Positions 38,270 through 47,055 of a stretch of 49,491 bases of DNA are shown here, one piece after another. Position 1 is the first letter of the stretch, and the number at the start of each line of letters is the position of its first letter. The translations under genes and the position numbers were made by a program. The notes below the pieces were generated by a model. That model made no database searches and was not told the origin of the DNA. It saw only the letters and a program-made list of their open reading frames with translations. This DNA is from a virus (taxonomy: Duplodnaviria; Caudoviricetes): IMG/VR virus record IMGVR_UViG_3300026279_000387, positions 1-49,491 of that record; one strand, written 5' to 3'.

Positions 38270-39718
38270 TTATGCGAGTGCAATGGTGTAGATATTAACT
38301 AGTTCGTCCATGTAGTCAAGGGTAATTCCGCCGCCGGCGCCAGCAATATTAGTCCAATTAGTTCCGTCCCAAGTTTCTACGTATGCTAACTGCGTATTAA
38401 ATCTTGTTTGTCCTATAACACCTGCTGGACGTTGGGCTGTTGAACCTGCGGGTATAACTGCACCAAGGGTAGTATCAAAGTGAATATATCCTTGAGCACC
38501 TGTTTTACTAATTTTAAATGCTTGAGCAATTGTATTATGTATTGTACTTCCTTCAAGTTTAAAATTAGCTATATTAACAACTCCTGTTCCGTTAGCTGTT
38601 AATTGTATGTCAGCGTTTGTTGATGCTGAAGAAATAGTATTACCATCTAATGATACATTGTCTTGTGATACTAGCTTAATAGCTGATAGTTCAGTACTAT
38701 TAAGTGTAGCAGTTGTACTACCGTTAGTAACAAAGCTAAAATCATTCCCAGCATTTGCTAATACATAAGTTTGTCTGTCTTCACTCCATATACCTCTTAA
38801 AGGTGTATATGCAGTTGAAAACAATTCAAAGAAATTAGTATCTGTATTGTACCTAACATCACGGTTTAAACTGGGCCTTTGTGCTTCTGTACCATCTGGA
38901 ACTCTTAAGGCTTGTACAGAACTTATTGTTAGATTTTCACTACCTGGTGTAATTTGTAAATCAGCTGGTGTTACAAGGGTATTTCCGTTAAATGCTAAAT
39001 CTTCAAGAACTATGCTTCCTGAACCACTAGTTCTAAGGAACATATTATTATTAAATGTTGAAGTTGATATATAATCGTTATCAATCTCAATATCACCTAT
39101 AATTGCTTTAGCTGTGTTTACATTGTTCCAAATTTGTGTTGCACTTCCTAAATTATGTAATCCTTGTGTAGTGTTTGGCACTAAATCTTGTGTAAAATCT
39201 AAAAAGTCAAAGTCAATAGTATCAGTAGCTTGATCACCTAAATTAATTGTTCCACCAACACTTATGTTTCCTGGGATAGTTATATTTCCTGTAGCATTAA
39301 CATTACCTTGTACTTGTGTATTTGTTTTAAATTCAACAGTTCCTGCACCATTAGGACTTAGTACAATGTTAGAATTACTTAAACTACTAATATTATTATC
39401 GTTAAATTCTAAATTTTCAGTACGTAATTTACCTGTTTTAATTATACCTTGAGAATTTAAAATAATATTACCAACTACACTTGAAGCTCCAGTAGTATCG
39501 ATTTTAATATTGCCACCGGTAAGTCGATCAGCATAATAATGAGTAGCTCTATGTTGTCCTGAAACATTTAATTCTGTACTTGGAGTAGAAGTTCGAACAC
39601 CTATCTTACCTGTTAAATGACCTACATATAATAAGTCATTATCAAAGGCTAGATTAGCTTGTGTTCTTTTTAGATTTGCCGCTAATAGCGGACCTGAGAT
39701 TCTTGCAACTTGTGCCAT
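38270..39718 (-). CDS. Virion structural / fibre-like protein, paralog of 36635..38113
   Basis: RISGPLL..NL.R....LAF..DLLY N-terminus, LGD.ATDTI and P.G..AQRP motifs are shared with the paralog. Confidence 0.75.
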   Translation of the reverse strand: MAQVARISGPLLAANLKRTQANLAFDNDLLYVGHLTGKIGVRTSTPSTELNVSGQHRATHYYADRLTGGNIKIDTTGASSVVGNIILNSQGIIKTGKLRTENLEFNDNNISSLSNSNIVLSPNGAGTVEFKTNTQVQGNVNATGNITIPGNISVGGTINLGDQATDTIDFDFLDFTQDLVPNTTQGLHNLGSATQIWNNVNTAKAIIGDIEIDNDYISTSTFNNNMFLRTSGSGSIVLEDLAFNGNTLVTPADLQITPGSENLTISSVQALRVPDGTEAQRPSLNRDVRYNTDTNFFELFSTAYTPLRGIWSEDRQTYVLANAGNDFSFVTNGSTTATLNSTELSAIKLVSQDNVSLDGNTISSASTNADIQLTANGTGVVNIANFKLEGSTIHNTIAQAFKISKTGAQGYIHFDTTLGAVIPAGSTAQRPAGVIGQTRFNTQLAYVETWDGTNWTNIAGAGGGITLDYMDELVNIYTIALA

Positions 39719-39740
39719 AATATAACTTCCCTCTATGTTA

Positions 39741-39748
39741 TATTTATC
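39741..39748 (-). promoter_or_regulatory. Putative late promoter GATAAATA
   Basis: Intergenic exact copy. Confidence 0.7.
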
Positions 39749-39753
39749 GTAAG

Positions 39754-40257
39754 TTACTTATCGTAGTTATGAAGGACTGTTACGGGTTTACCTGTTGGAA
39801 CTGCTGTTCCGAATACTACATACCATCCAGCGGCATAACCACCTGGATTTTGTTCTAATACATAGTTTGTAGTTGCTAGTTGAAATACGTTTTCAATAAG
39901 AACTATAATATTCTGTGCCGCCAATGGTGCTGGATTATATGTGTCACCATTAACTAATGGTCCAAACTTTGTTTCAACGTCGTCACCATTACCTAATGCT
40001 TGTTGAACAATACTTGCTGGTTCAAATCTTCTTAGGGGTGCCCAAGATCCATTTTGGTAAACTTCAAATACATTACTATCAGTATTATAACGAAGATGAC
40101 CATTTGATGCTGTAGTTGTTCTTTGTGCCAAAGTTCCTTTTGGAACCATCATCATATCTGTACTATCAAGGACAATCTGACCATTAACATCTCTACGGAT
40201 ATCGTCTTTGCCATAAATGCCACGGGCATTAGTTGATTGTGCTTTTATATATCGCAT
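39754..40257 (-). CDS. Virion structural protein
   Basis: PKGTLAQR...GHLRYNTD...FEVY motif, then a GNGD..T.F...V.IENV.Q beta domain. Confidence 0.7.
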   Translation of the reverse strand: MRYIKAQSTNARGIYGKDDIRRDVNGQIVLDSTDMMMVPKGTLAQRTTTASNGHLRYNTDSNVFEVYQNGSWAPLRRFEPASIVQQALGNGDDVETKFGPLVNGDTYNPAPLAAQNIIVLIENVFQLATTNYVLEQNPGGYAAGWYVVFGTAVPTGKPVTVLHNYDK

Positions 40258-40586
40258 TATACTTCCAAGTAACTAACAGTAACAGATAAATTAAAAGGTG
40301 CTTGTGCTTGTAGCTGAACAGTATCACCTGCATCTAAAATAATTTTTTCAGAGTCAAAAGTAAATGTTTCGCCACCTGGTACTGGTAGGTCTTTTACAAT
40401 TTGATTTAGTGTGGATAAAGCCGCACCGTTTTGTACAAAGTGTAAATCAAATTGTGAGTTGTTTGCAGGGACACCAGCCGCCGCAAAATTACACACCATA
40501 AGAGTTGTAATAGCGTATTGTTTTCCTGCTGGTACTGTTAAAAGTACTGTTGGTGTTCCTGATAAAGTTGCTTGTGCTATTGCCAT
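40257..40586 (-). CDS. Small (~109 aa) beta-rich virion protein
   Basis: LLTVPAG..AI....CN...EKIILDAGD; member of the small paralog family. Confidence 0.7.
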   Translation of the reverse strand: MAIAQATLSGTPTVLLTVPAGKQYAITTLMVCNFAAAGVPANNSQFDLHFVQNGAALSTLNQIVKDLPVPGGETFTFDSEKIILDAGDTVQLQAQAPFNLSVTVSYLEV

Positions 40587-40598
40587 TGTTTTCTATCC

Positions 40599-41579
40599 TT
40601 AAAAGATCATACTCAAAAGTAATGATCTATTTTTACTTATAATTTCATCTCGAACGCTACTACTATTTACATAAAATAAGCCAGTTTTGCCTATTCCTGG
40701 CGTTTTAACGTATAATACAAGTCCATCAGTTGGTGCGGCTGGATCTATTGTAGCATCGTCTGGTCCTGGTGTTGCTTTAATTTGTAATTGGTCGTCAATT
40801 ACAACTGAACCAGTTCCTGGTGCTGAAAGAACTAAATCGCTTGAACTAACTGTTGTTTCTATTGTAGTTCCTGTTATTCTTATATCTTTTATCTCTGCTC
40901 TATCTTCGTAGAATATAGCACCTGTAGTCCCGTCAACCCTTACTGTTACAGTACTTGTACTTACTCCATCGTCATCAAATGTAACAACATCAGTAAAAGA
41001 AGAAGGTATATTTGGATCGCCTGATCTAATTCTATTAATATTGTAAGTAGCAAGTGCCGTTGCAATATCATCTGTAACTTTTTTCAAGTTAGGTATATGG
41101 TCATCATCTGTAACTTGATTTTCGTAATTGTTAGTACCACTAACACTAATTACACCTGCGCCACTATTAATTAAAAATAAATCTCCGCCACCTGTACTAA
41201 TACTTCTACATTCTAATCCTATGTTACCACCGGATTCATCTTTAAGAACAAAAGCACCTGTCTTAGTTGTATTACTTACTGGATCATTCCAAACAATAGA
41301 TTCATTAAATAAAAATTGTACGTCGGCTAAACTACCACGTTCAATTCTAATTCCTGCTTCACCTAACGTAATACCTGTTCCTGATTCGTTTGAATTAATA
41401 ACAATAATATTGTCATTAATAGTCATCTCAGTTGTGTTTACTGTAGTTTGTTGTCCAGATACAACAAGGTCGCCAGTAATTCTAACTTGTCCTATTTTTA
41501 ATCCTGTATCAAGAGTTATAACTCCGTCATCGGCTGTTCTAATAGTATAATTATCAGATGTTTGTATTGTTTTTGCCAT
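40599..41579 (-). CDS. Virion structural / fibre-like protein
   Basis: GDLVVSG..TTVNT....I.DNII..N...AGI.IERG motif common in T4-like fibre proteins; hydrophobic C-terminus. Confidence 0.7.
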   Translation of the reverse strand: MAKTIQTSDNYTIRTADDGVITLDTGLKIGQVRITGDLVVSGQQTTVNTTEMTINDNIIVINSNESGTGITLGEAGIRIERGSLADVQFLFNESIVWNDPVSNTTKTGAFVLKDESGGNIGLECRSISTGGGDLFLINSGAGVISVSGTNNYENQVTDDDHIPNLKKVTDDIATALATYNINRIRSGDPNIPSSFTDVVTFDDDGVSTSTVTVRVDGTTGAIFYEDRAEIKDIRITGTTIETTVSSSDLVLSAPGTGSVVIDDQLQIKATPGPDDATIDPAAPTDGLVLYVKTPGIGKTGLFYVNSSSVRDEIISKNRSLLLSMIF

Positions 41580-41583
41580 TTAT

Positions 41584-41964
41584 CTATTGCCCATCAACTG
41601 TTACTGTATTTGTTACAGCATCATCTTCACCGCCAGCATCACTGCCACCGATAACCATTTTTCCTCTTGTAGTACCTTCGTACTGACAATTGTTATTCCA
41701 AATTTTTGTAATTTGTACAACGGTAGAGTCATCTAACACGCCGTCAATTACCATATCGCCTGCTACTAATGTACCAGCGGCTTTATTAACTAAAGTTAAT
41801 ATTTCAGTAGTTGTACCATCTGATACTTTAAATTTGTTTGTAGATCGTTGTGACACAATCCATGCTTTAGTATTTGATTCAGATGCACTAGTAAAGAAAT
41901 ATCGGGTAACTTGAATTTTTCCATTACCTTCCCCGAAATTTCTTTTATTTACTGGTCTACCCAT
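41584..41964 (-). CDS. Hypothetical structural protein (MGRP.NKR family)
   Basis: Paralog of 42040..42501; has its own late promoter. Confidence 0.65.
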   Translation of the reverse strand: MGRPVNKRNFGEGNGKIQVTRYFFTSASESNTKAWIVSQRSTNKFKVSDGTTTEILTLVNKAAGTLVAGDMVIDGVLDDSTVVQITKIWNNNCQYEGTTRGKMVIGGSDAGGEDDAVTNTVTVDGQ

Positions 41965-41985
41965 AATCTTTGCTCCGCTTCCTAG

Positions 41986-41993
41986 TATTTATC
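41986..41993 (-). promoter_or_regulatory. Putative late promoter GATAAATA
   Basis: Intergenic exact copy just downstream of a terminator. Confidence 0.7.
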
Positions 41994-41995
41994 AT

Positions 41996-42028
41996 TAAAA
42001 TAAGAAGCCCGAAATTACTCGGGCTCCT
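41996..42028 (-). terminator. Intrinsic terminator
   Basis: GAGCCCGA-loop-UCGGGCUU hairpin followed by CUUAUUUU, after the 153-aa gene. Confidence 0.75.
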
Positions 42029-42039
42029 TATAATTTTAA

Positions 42040-42501
42040 TTATGCGTCATCAGTAAAGTCGTCGTCATCAGCATTATCAACGTCATCATCACCTGCTTCT
42101 TCAATTCTAACTATGCCTGAAGATGCGGCTGACCCCATTTGCCATGTTTGTGCGAGTCCGTCTAATGCATTAGATCCAGTTGCACTTGGTTGTGCAAGTG
42201 TAACTTTATGGCCGGCAATCTTTGCTACACCATAAGTTTCTGAATCGCTACCTAAAGCTGTAATTGACATTTCGCCAGCACTTAAAGCCGCTGGTAATAC
42301 GCCAGTTTTTAATGTACAAGTGAACTCAGTGTCCGCGGCACCTGTTTCAGCAACTACGAATTTTTTAGATCCTTTTTGTCTGATAATAGTACCTTCTTTT
42401 ACTGCTGTTCCGTTATGAAAATTTACTTTGATTTCATTAGCACCTGCAGTTGCGCCTGTTGTCGCATCTGTAAAGTACCTTTTGTTTAGTGGTCTTCCCA
42501 T
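42040..42501 (-). CDS. Hypothetical structural protein (MGRP.NKR family), possible head decoration protein
   Basis: First protein gene after gp23; AAGGAG RBS; acidic C-terminal tail. Confidence 0.65.
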   Translation of the reverse strand: MGRPLNKRYFTDATTGATAGANEIKVNFHNGTAVKEGTIIRQKGSKKFVVAETGAADTEFTCTLKTGVLPAALSAGEMSITALGSDSETYGVAKIAGHKVTLAQPSATGSNALDGLAQTWQMGSAASSGIVRIEEAGDDDVDNADDDDFTDDA

Positions 42502-42580
42502 TTTTTTTCTCCTTTGTCAACGTTCTAAGTCTACGGGGTTGTGTCCCCATAAAACGCAAAATTGCGTCCTTATACTGTTA

Positions 42581-42588
42581 TATTTATC
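42581..42588 (-). promoter_or_regulatory. Putative late promoter GATAAATA
   Basis: Intergenic exact copy. Confidence 0.7.
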
Positions 42589-42604
42589 AATATGAGTGTA
42601 TAGT

Positions 42605-42637
42605 CAAAAGAAAACCCCACATATGAATATGTAGGGC
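42605..42637 (-). terminator. Intrinsic terminator of the candidate ncRNA
   Basis: CCCUACAUAU-UC-AUAUGUGGG hairpin followed by GUUUUCUUUU. Confidence 0.75.
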
Positions 42638-42645
42638 GTATAAAA

Positions 42646-42860
42646 TAAGCAAAATAGGTAGGACTTGGGTACACCTACAAGCACGGACCGAAATACCATT
42701 TCTAAACCGTACAACCTATCCCCGCGGGTTAATGCGATGTGAGCCTGCGTATTTCTACTACAAACCCTGGGTACCACCCCTGGACAGTCAAGTTCGACTC
42801 TTTTGGTAGGAGCCTCTTCCTTGCACTATAATTAGAAGTTAATTACTCTTCTAATGCTTA
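42646..42860 (-). ncRNA. Candidate ~215-nt structured non-coding RNA
   Basis: No ORF; higher GC than other intergenic DNA; ends pair (UAAGCA/UGCUUA); several hairpins; flanked by a promoter and a terminator. Confidence 0.65.
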
Positions 42861-42867
42861 TATTACT

Positions 42868-42896
42868 AATATAACACCGTTTATATTAAAAGTCAA
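42868..42896 (-). promoter_or_regulatory. sigma70-type promoter TTGACT-N17-TATATT with extended -10 TG
   Basis: The -35 is at 42896-42891 and the -10 at 42873-42868, with an exact 17-bp spacer. Confidence 0.75.
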
Positions 42897-42938
42897 TCGG
42901 AAAGTGTAAAAAGGTTATCCAAAATAGGAAAAAATGTC

Positions 42939-42970
42939 AAAAAGAAAGGGCGACATAAAGCCGCCCTTCC
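42939..42970 (-). terminator. Intrinsic terminator after the major capsid gene
   Basis: GAAGGGCGGC-UUUAU-GUCGCCCUUU hairpin followed by CUUUUU. Confidence 0.85.
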
Positions 42971-42993
42971 AAAATGTAATAATCTCTTAAGAC

Positions 42994-44157
42994 TTAAGAG
43001 AATGTTACGTTCGCGATAGATACTCTACCCAAGTAGTCAGCCGCATTACCAAGAGATGATGCTGTGTTGTTTAACTCAACATATCCATATCTTGACATGA
43101 AACTTACAACTGGCTCAAAGCTAGATGGATCCAACACAACACCGCTTGACATTAAAGGAATGTATGGGCAGTAGAACGCTGGAGCGTCTGCTTCTGAAGT
43201 ACCTTTGTAACCAACAAGTACGTCCGTACTATCAGCCGCATATGAATCAACATATACTTTCATTGCACCGTTTAGTGTTCCTACAAATTTAGTATTTGTT
43301 GGAGCTTCAAATGTGCCTTCAGTTGTTCTTGCGAACGCTGAAGTTGTAGCTGATTGTAGTACAGTAAGAGCGTGTGGTGAAACCACAGCCCAGTTACCAG
43401 CACCACGACGTGTACGCTGAGCAATAGTATTTGCAACGCGGTTAACCATTACAGCCAAAGCCGCATGTTCGTCACCGACGAAAGTTGCAGTACCACTTAC
43501 AGCATTTTGATCGTATGCTTGTTGTGCCGATCCTGCTAAAGCACGTAATGATGCAAGAACTTCTTGATCAATTTCAGCAGTAATTTCTTGGGCTAATGCC
43601 GCCATAATTTCTGCTTCGATATCAATACCTTGCTGTGCTTGAGCATCTTGAGCCGCTTCAAAAGTCCAGCGAGCTGATAGCTTTCTGGTTTTTGCTTCGA
43701 CTGTTTGCTTTAAGATTTGGATGCTTAACTTCTTGCCAGCTTCCCCTTCAAGTGCCGCTGTTGCGCCACCTTTTGGAGTTGCGTCTGTGGCATTACCGGA
43801 ATAAGCCGCCGCAATCTTAAATGGTGAAAGTGCTTCTTCACCTACTTCGTTACCGTCACTCGCGTCACTGTAACGTACTCTTAGTGTGTGGATTTGACCC
43901 ACTGGACCTGTCATCGGCTGTACACCAACTAATTCGTTGGCTATTACAGTCGGCATAACACGTCTGATTACTGGTAGGATAACTCTATTTAGAGTTGCAA
44001 CATTACCGGCTGACGTAGCGCCAGCTCCTGCAGTCTCATTCAACCACTTGCGTGTGTTTTCAAGAGTACTTGCCATTACTGCTTTCTTATTGCCCTGAAG
44101 GCCTTCTAAAAGAGCGGTTTTGGTATCCTGCCAGCGATTTTCTAGTAGTTCTGACAT
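42994..44157 (-). CDS. gp23: Major capsid protein (T4 gp23-like)
   Basis: RRVMPTVIANELVGVQPMTGPVGQI, VEAKTRKLSARWTFEAAQD, EITAEIDQE, AFYCPYIPL and SRYG. Confidence 0.97.
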   Translation of the reverse strand: MSELLENRWQDTKTALLEGLQGNKKAVMASTLENTRKWLNETAGAGATSAGNVATLNRVILPVIRRVMPTVIANELVGVQPMTGPVGQIHTLRVRYSDASDGNEVGEEALSPFKIAAAYSGNATDATPKGGATAALEGEAGKKLSIQILKQTVEAKTRKLSARWTFEAAQDAQAQQGIDIEAEIMAALAQEITAEIDQEVLASLRALAGSAQQAYDQNAVSGTATFVGDEHAALAVMVNRVANTIAQRTRRGAGNWAVVSPHALTVLQSATTSAFARTTEGTFEAPTNTKFVGTLNGAMKVYVDSYAADSTDVLVGYKGTSEADAPAFYCPYIPLMSSGVVLDPSSFEPVVSFMSRYGYVELNNTASSLGNAADYLGRVSIANVTFS

Positions 44158-44167
44158 TGTTTTCTCC

Positions 44168-45274
44168 TTAATTCAATCCTGCAAGTCTTCGAATATCAAC
44201 AATATTTTTGTTGGCTTCCGAGCTTACACTACTAACGTTAGATTCTTCTTTATTGCCTGTGATTGATTTTGCCTCTGCTTCGGTTAATGTCGCCTTTTTC
44301 TTCTCTGGAGTCTTCCCGTCAATAACTGCCGGCATGTACTTGTCAAATTGTTTTACTAATCTGTCAGTTTGTACACTTTCCAGTAAGTCTTTCATAATTT
44401 CACGTTGATCTTTGCTCAAAGGAGCAGTTAGTTCATCCATGATATCTTTTCTTTTAGCCGCATCAGAAATTTTATTAATTTCTGCGTTTTTACTTTCAAC
44501 AATTTTCTTGCTTTCTTCAGCTTCTGCTTTAACTTCTTCAATTTGCTTATCTTTAAGATCAACAACTTTCAATAGTTTAGCAGTTTCTGATTTTTCATTC
44601 AAGTAGCTGTTAGCATACTCGTTTGAAAAAGTTTCGAAAATCTTACGACCAAAGTCATTCTTACGAGCTGAATCAATATCTTCTTTAAGTTGACTAATTT
44701 CTTTTGTAAGTCCTTTGCCAACAACGTCTGATACTAATTTAGCACTTTTTTCAACAAAAGTTGATTTAACTTTATTGAGATGTTTCTTAGCTTCACGTAC
44801 TAATCGTACTTTCGTTTCAGCTAAGTCTTTCTTATCTTCTTGGAACTCTGCAATTTCTTTAGACAAAGCTTCTACAACAAATTCCTCAAGGTTGCCAAAC
44901 TTATCTGACATTACCTTTTGGTCATCATGTAATTCAGTGACTTCCTTTTTCAAAGACTGCATAACAAACTCTTTTAGCAAGTTTGCGTTTTCACGCATAG
45001 CAATGGCATATTTTGCTCTTGCTTCTGCTAACTGTTTGCGATCGTCAGTGAACTCGGAAATTTCTTCTGCTAATTTATCGCTCACCATAGAATCGATAGC
45101 TTCAACCATTTGTGCTTTATCGTGTTCATACTTAGATGCGAACTCTTCGCGAAGTTCAGCTGTTACAGAAAGGCGCTCTTCAGCAATCTTTTTGTCCCAT
45201 GCTTCTTGAATTTCAACTCTGATCTCTTCGGAAATTACATTGTTTTCAAAGAGTGATTTCAGTGCGTCCAACAT
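44168..45274 (-). CDS. Prohead scaffold/core protein (gp22-like)
   Basis: E/K-rich coiled-coil composition; position between the protease and capsid genes. Confidence 0.8.
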   Translation of the reverse strand: MLDALKSLFENNVISEEIRVEIQEAWDKKIAEERLSVTAELREEFASKYEHDKAQMVEAIDSMVSDKLAEEISEFTDDRKQLAEARAKYAIAMRENANLLKEFVMQSLKKEVTELHDDQKVMSDKFGNLEEFVVEALSKEIAEFQEDKKDLAETKVRLVREAKKHLNKVKSTFVEKSAKLVSDVVGKGLTKEISQLKEDIDSARKNDFGRKIFETFSNEYANSYLNEKSETAKLLKVVDLKDKQIEEVKAEAEESKKIVESKNAEINKISDAAKRKDIMDELTAPLSKDQREIMKDLLESVQTDRLVKQFDKYMPAVIDGKTPEKKKATLTEAEAKSITGNKEESNVSSVSSEANKNIVDIRRLAGLN

Positions 45275-45287
45275 TATATTCTCCTTA

Positions 45288-45938
45288 TTACTGGAGCCCT
45301 TTGATGATATTCATCAAAGAATTCTTTAAGTAGTCTTGTGCCTTTTTATCGCCTTGTACTTCGCGAGCCAAGTTCATAGCCTTATACCCCCCACGAGTAT
45401 TCAGTAAATGCTCGTATATTGGGGTTGGGTATGCCCCTGGAGCACTGGGTTGAGCTACTACGTCTACTGTGATTATTTCGTAGTCGCTTACTTGTCCGGA
45501 TCCGTCTTCTGTAACATTTCCGCTACCACGTGATGAGACGCCTAGTTTAACACCGCTTTCCAGCATTGTTGAAACTAATTGCCCCATCGGCGTTGGTAAT
45601 ACTTTAAGTTTTCCGTAACCGTTTGGGCCATCCATCCACATCTCTGCGATCATATGGCTTACGCGGTCTAAGTTAATGTTAAGGCCTTCTGGATGATCAA
45701 CTTCGCCAAGAACTGAATATCCACCTGTAATTTGATCATTGAGAGTGTTGACAGCTCTACCTATCTCGGTAACAGGGTAAACACGTTGGTTGGCGTTTTT
45801 AACCCCGCCTTGGATGCAAATACCTTTTAAAAAAAGATCTTTACCACCCTTAGCGTTCTCGGTAGTCTCAATAACCATTTTAGCTTGGTCGAATGTTAAG
45901 TTCTCACGTAAATTGTGCAACACATTATTCCTTATCAT
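45288..45938 (-). CDS. gp21: Prohead core protease (T4 gp21-like)
   Basis: NANQRVYP, GEVDHP, RVSH, TPMG, GVSSRGSG and DVVAQPSAPGAY. Confidence 0.95.
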   Translation of the reverse strand: MIRNNVLHNLRENLTFDQAKMVIETTENAKGGKDLFLKGICIQGGVKNANQRVYPVTEIGRAVNTLNDQITGGYSVLGEVDHPEGLNINLDRVSHMIAEMWMDGPNGYGKLKVLPTPMGQLVSTMLESGVKLGVSSRGSGNVTEDGSGQVSDYEIITVDVVAQPSAPGAYPTPIYEHLLNTRGGYKAMNLAREVQGDKKAQDYLKNSLMNIIKGLQ

Positions 45939-46945
45939 TAGGAACCAATTACTGAATCAGTATTAGTTCCGCCTTCTTCGCCTTTTCCCTTTTTCTCGGT
46001 ACCGTGGCCTTTTGAGTTAGATTTTAATGACTTGCTTGCCTTTCCACCTGGAACGTTTACGTTACCAGCTGAATCTTCTTTAGCATCGTTGCCAGTTAGT
46101 CCAGAATTTGAACCACCACCTTCTCCGCCTTTGGCAATGTTAGCGGCTGTGCCGCCCATGTCATTTTTATTTGCTACTGGTGATTTTGTGTTAGCGCCGT
46201 TGTCACCTTTTTTAGGTTCATCAGCTATTTTATTCACATACTCACGCATTAGCTCGGTCTGATCTTTAGGAGCAGTAGCTTTCGCTTCTTTTCCTTCAAA
46301 TGCAGGTTTTTCTGACTCAAGATCGGATCCAGCTTCAACAGCCTCGTCCTCTGCTTCATCATCACCTTCTTCGTCGTCTCCAGCGTCCATATCCATTTCT
46401 GGACCTTCTTCGCCGTCATCGTCGTCACCGTCTTTATCATCCATCATAGAATCAAATTCAGATTTAAGGTCATCAAGTGCATCTTCTAAATCAACAACAC
46501 GGTCTTCTAAATCTTCATCGTCGCCCGCATCGCCTTCATCATCACCTTCTTCGTCGCCTGCGTCTTCAATGTCGCCGATCATAGCATCTGTTGGATCGCC
46601 GCCCATTTCGTCGCCTGCTTCAGTAGGAACGTCTTCTACTGGTGTAATGTCAACAAGTTCTTCTTTAACTTCTTGTTCGTCATTTTCATCAGTTTTTTCG
46701 TCTTCGTCAGCTTTTTCGTCGACTTTATCGTCTTCTTTAGCTTCCGTATCTTCTTTTTCATCAACTTCAGCATCTTTTTTGTCTGCTTCGTCGACTTCAA
46801 CTTCTGGCATATCTTCGTCCAAAAGTTTTTCGTAAATTGTTCTAGATTTTTCAACAACTATTTCATGAAATAGTTCTTCCGCTCCAGTGCGGTCTTCCGC
46901 GATTAACTTTTCAAGCATCGCTTCAAATTTATTTTTCTCAGCCAT
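45938..46945 (-). CDS. Highly acidic prohead core / internal scaffold-like protein
   Basis: D/E-rich low-complexity body and G/K-rich tail; A.ELFH.I...KS helix; AGGAGG RBS; position between portal and protease. Confidence 0.65.
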   Translation of the reverse strand: MAEKNKFEAMLEKLIAEDRTGAEELFHEIVVEKSRTIYEKLLDEDMPEVEVDEADKKDAEVDEKEDTEAKEDDKVDEKADEDEKTDENDEQEVKEELVDITPVEDVPTEAGDEMGGDPTDAMIGDIEDAGDEEGDDEGDAGDDEDLEDRVVDLEDALDDLKSEFDSMMDDKDGDDDDGEEGPEMDMDAGDDEEGDDEAEDEAVEAGSDLESEKPAFEGKEAKATAPKDQTELMREYVNKIADEPKKGDNGANTKSPVANKNDMGGTAANIAKGGEGGGSNSGLTGNDAKEDSAGNVNVPGGKASKSLKSNSKGHGTEKKGKGEEGGTNTDSVIGS

Positions 46946-47055
46946 TTTTTCTCTCCTCCTGTTGTTTTAGATGTGGTATTGCTGTCTAATATATTTACAC
47001 TATATGGGAAAAAGTACGTGGTTATCGGCCTAAAACGGGCCGTTTTACATTAAGA

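Noticed and set aside
42646-42860. tRNA, tmRNA or RNase P RNA assignment (GTTCGA on the plus strand)
   Set aside because: No cloverleaf, acceptor stem with CCA, or GAGGAAAGUCC P4 signature was found; kept as an unassigned ncRNA.
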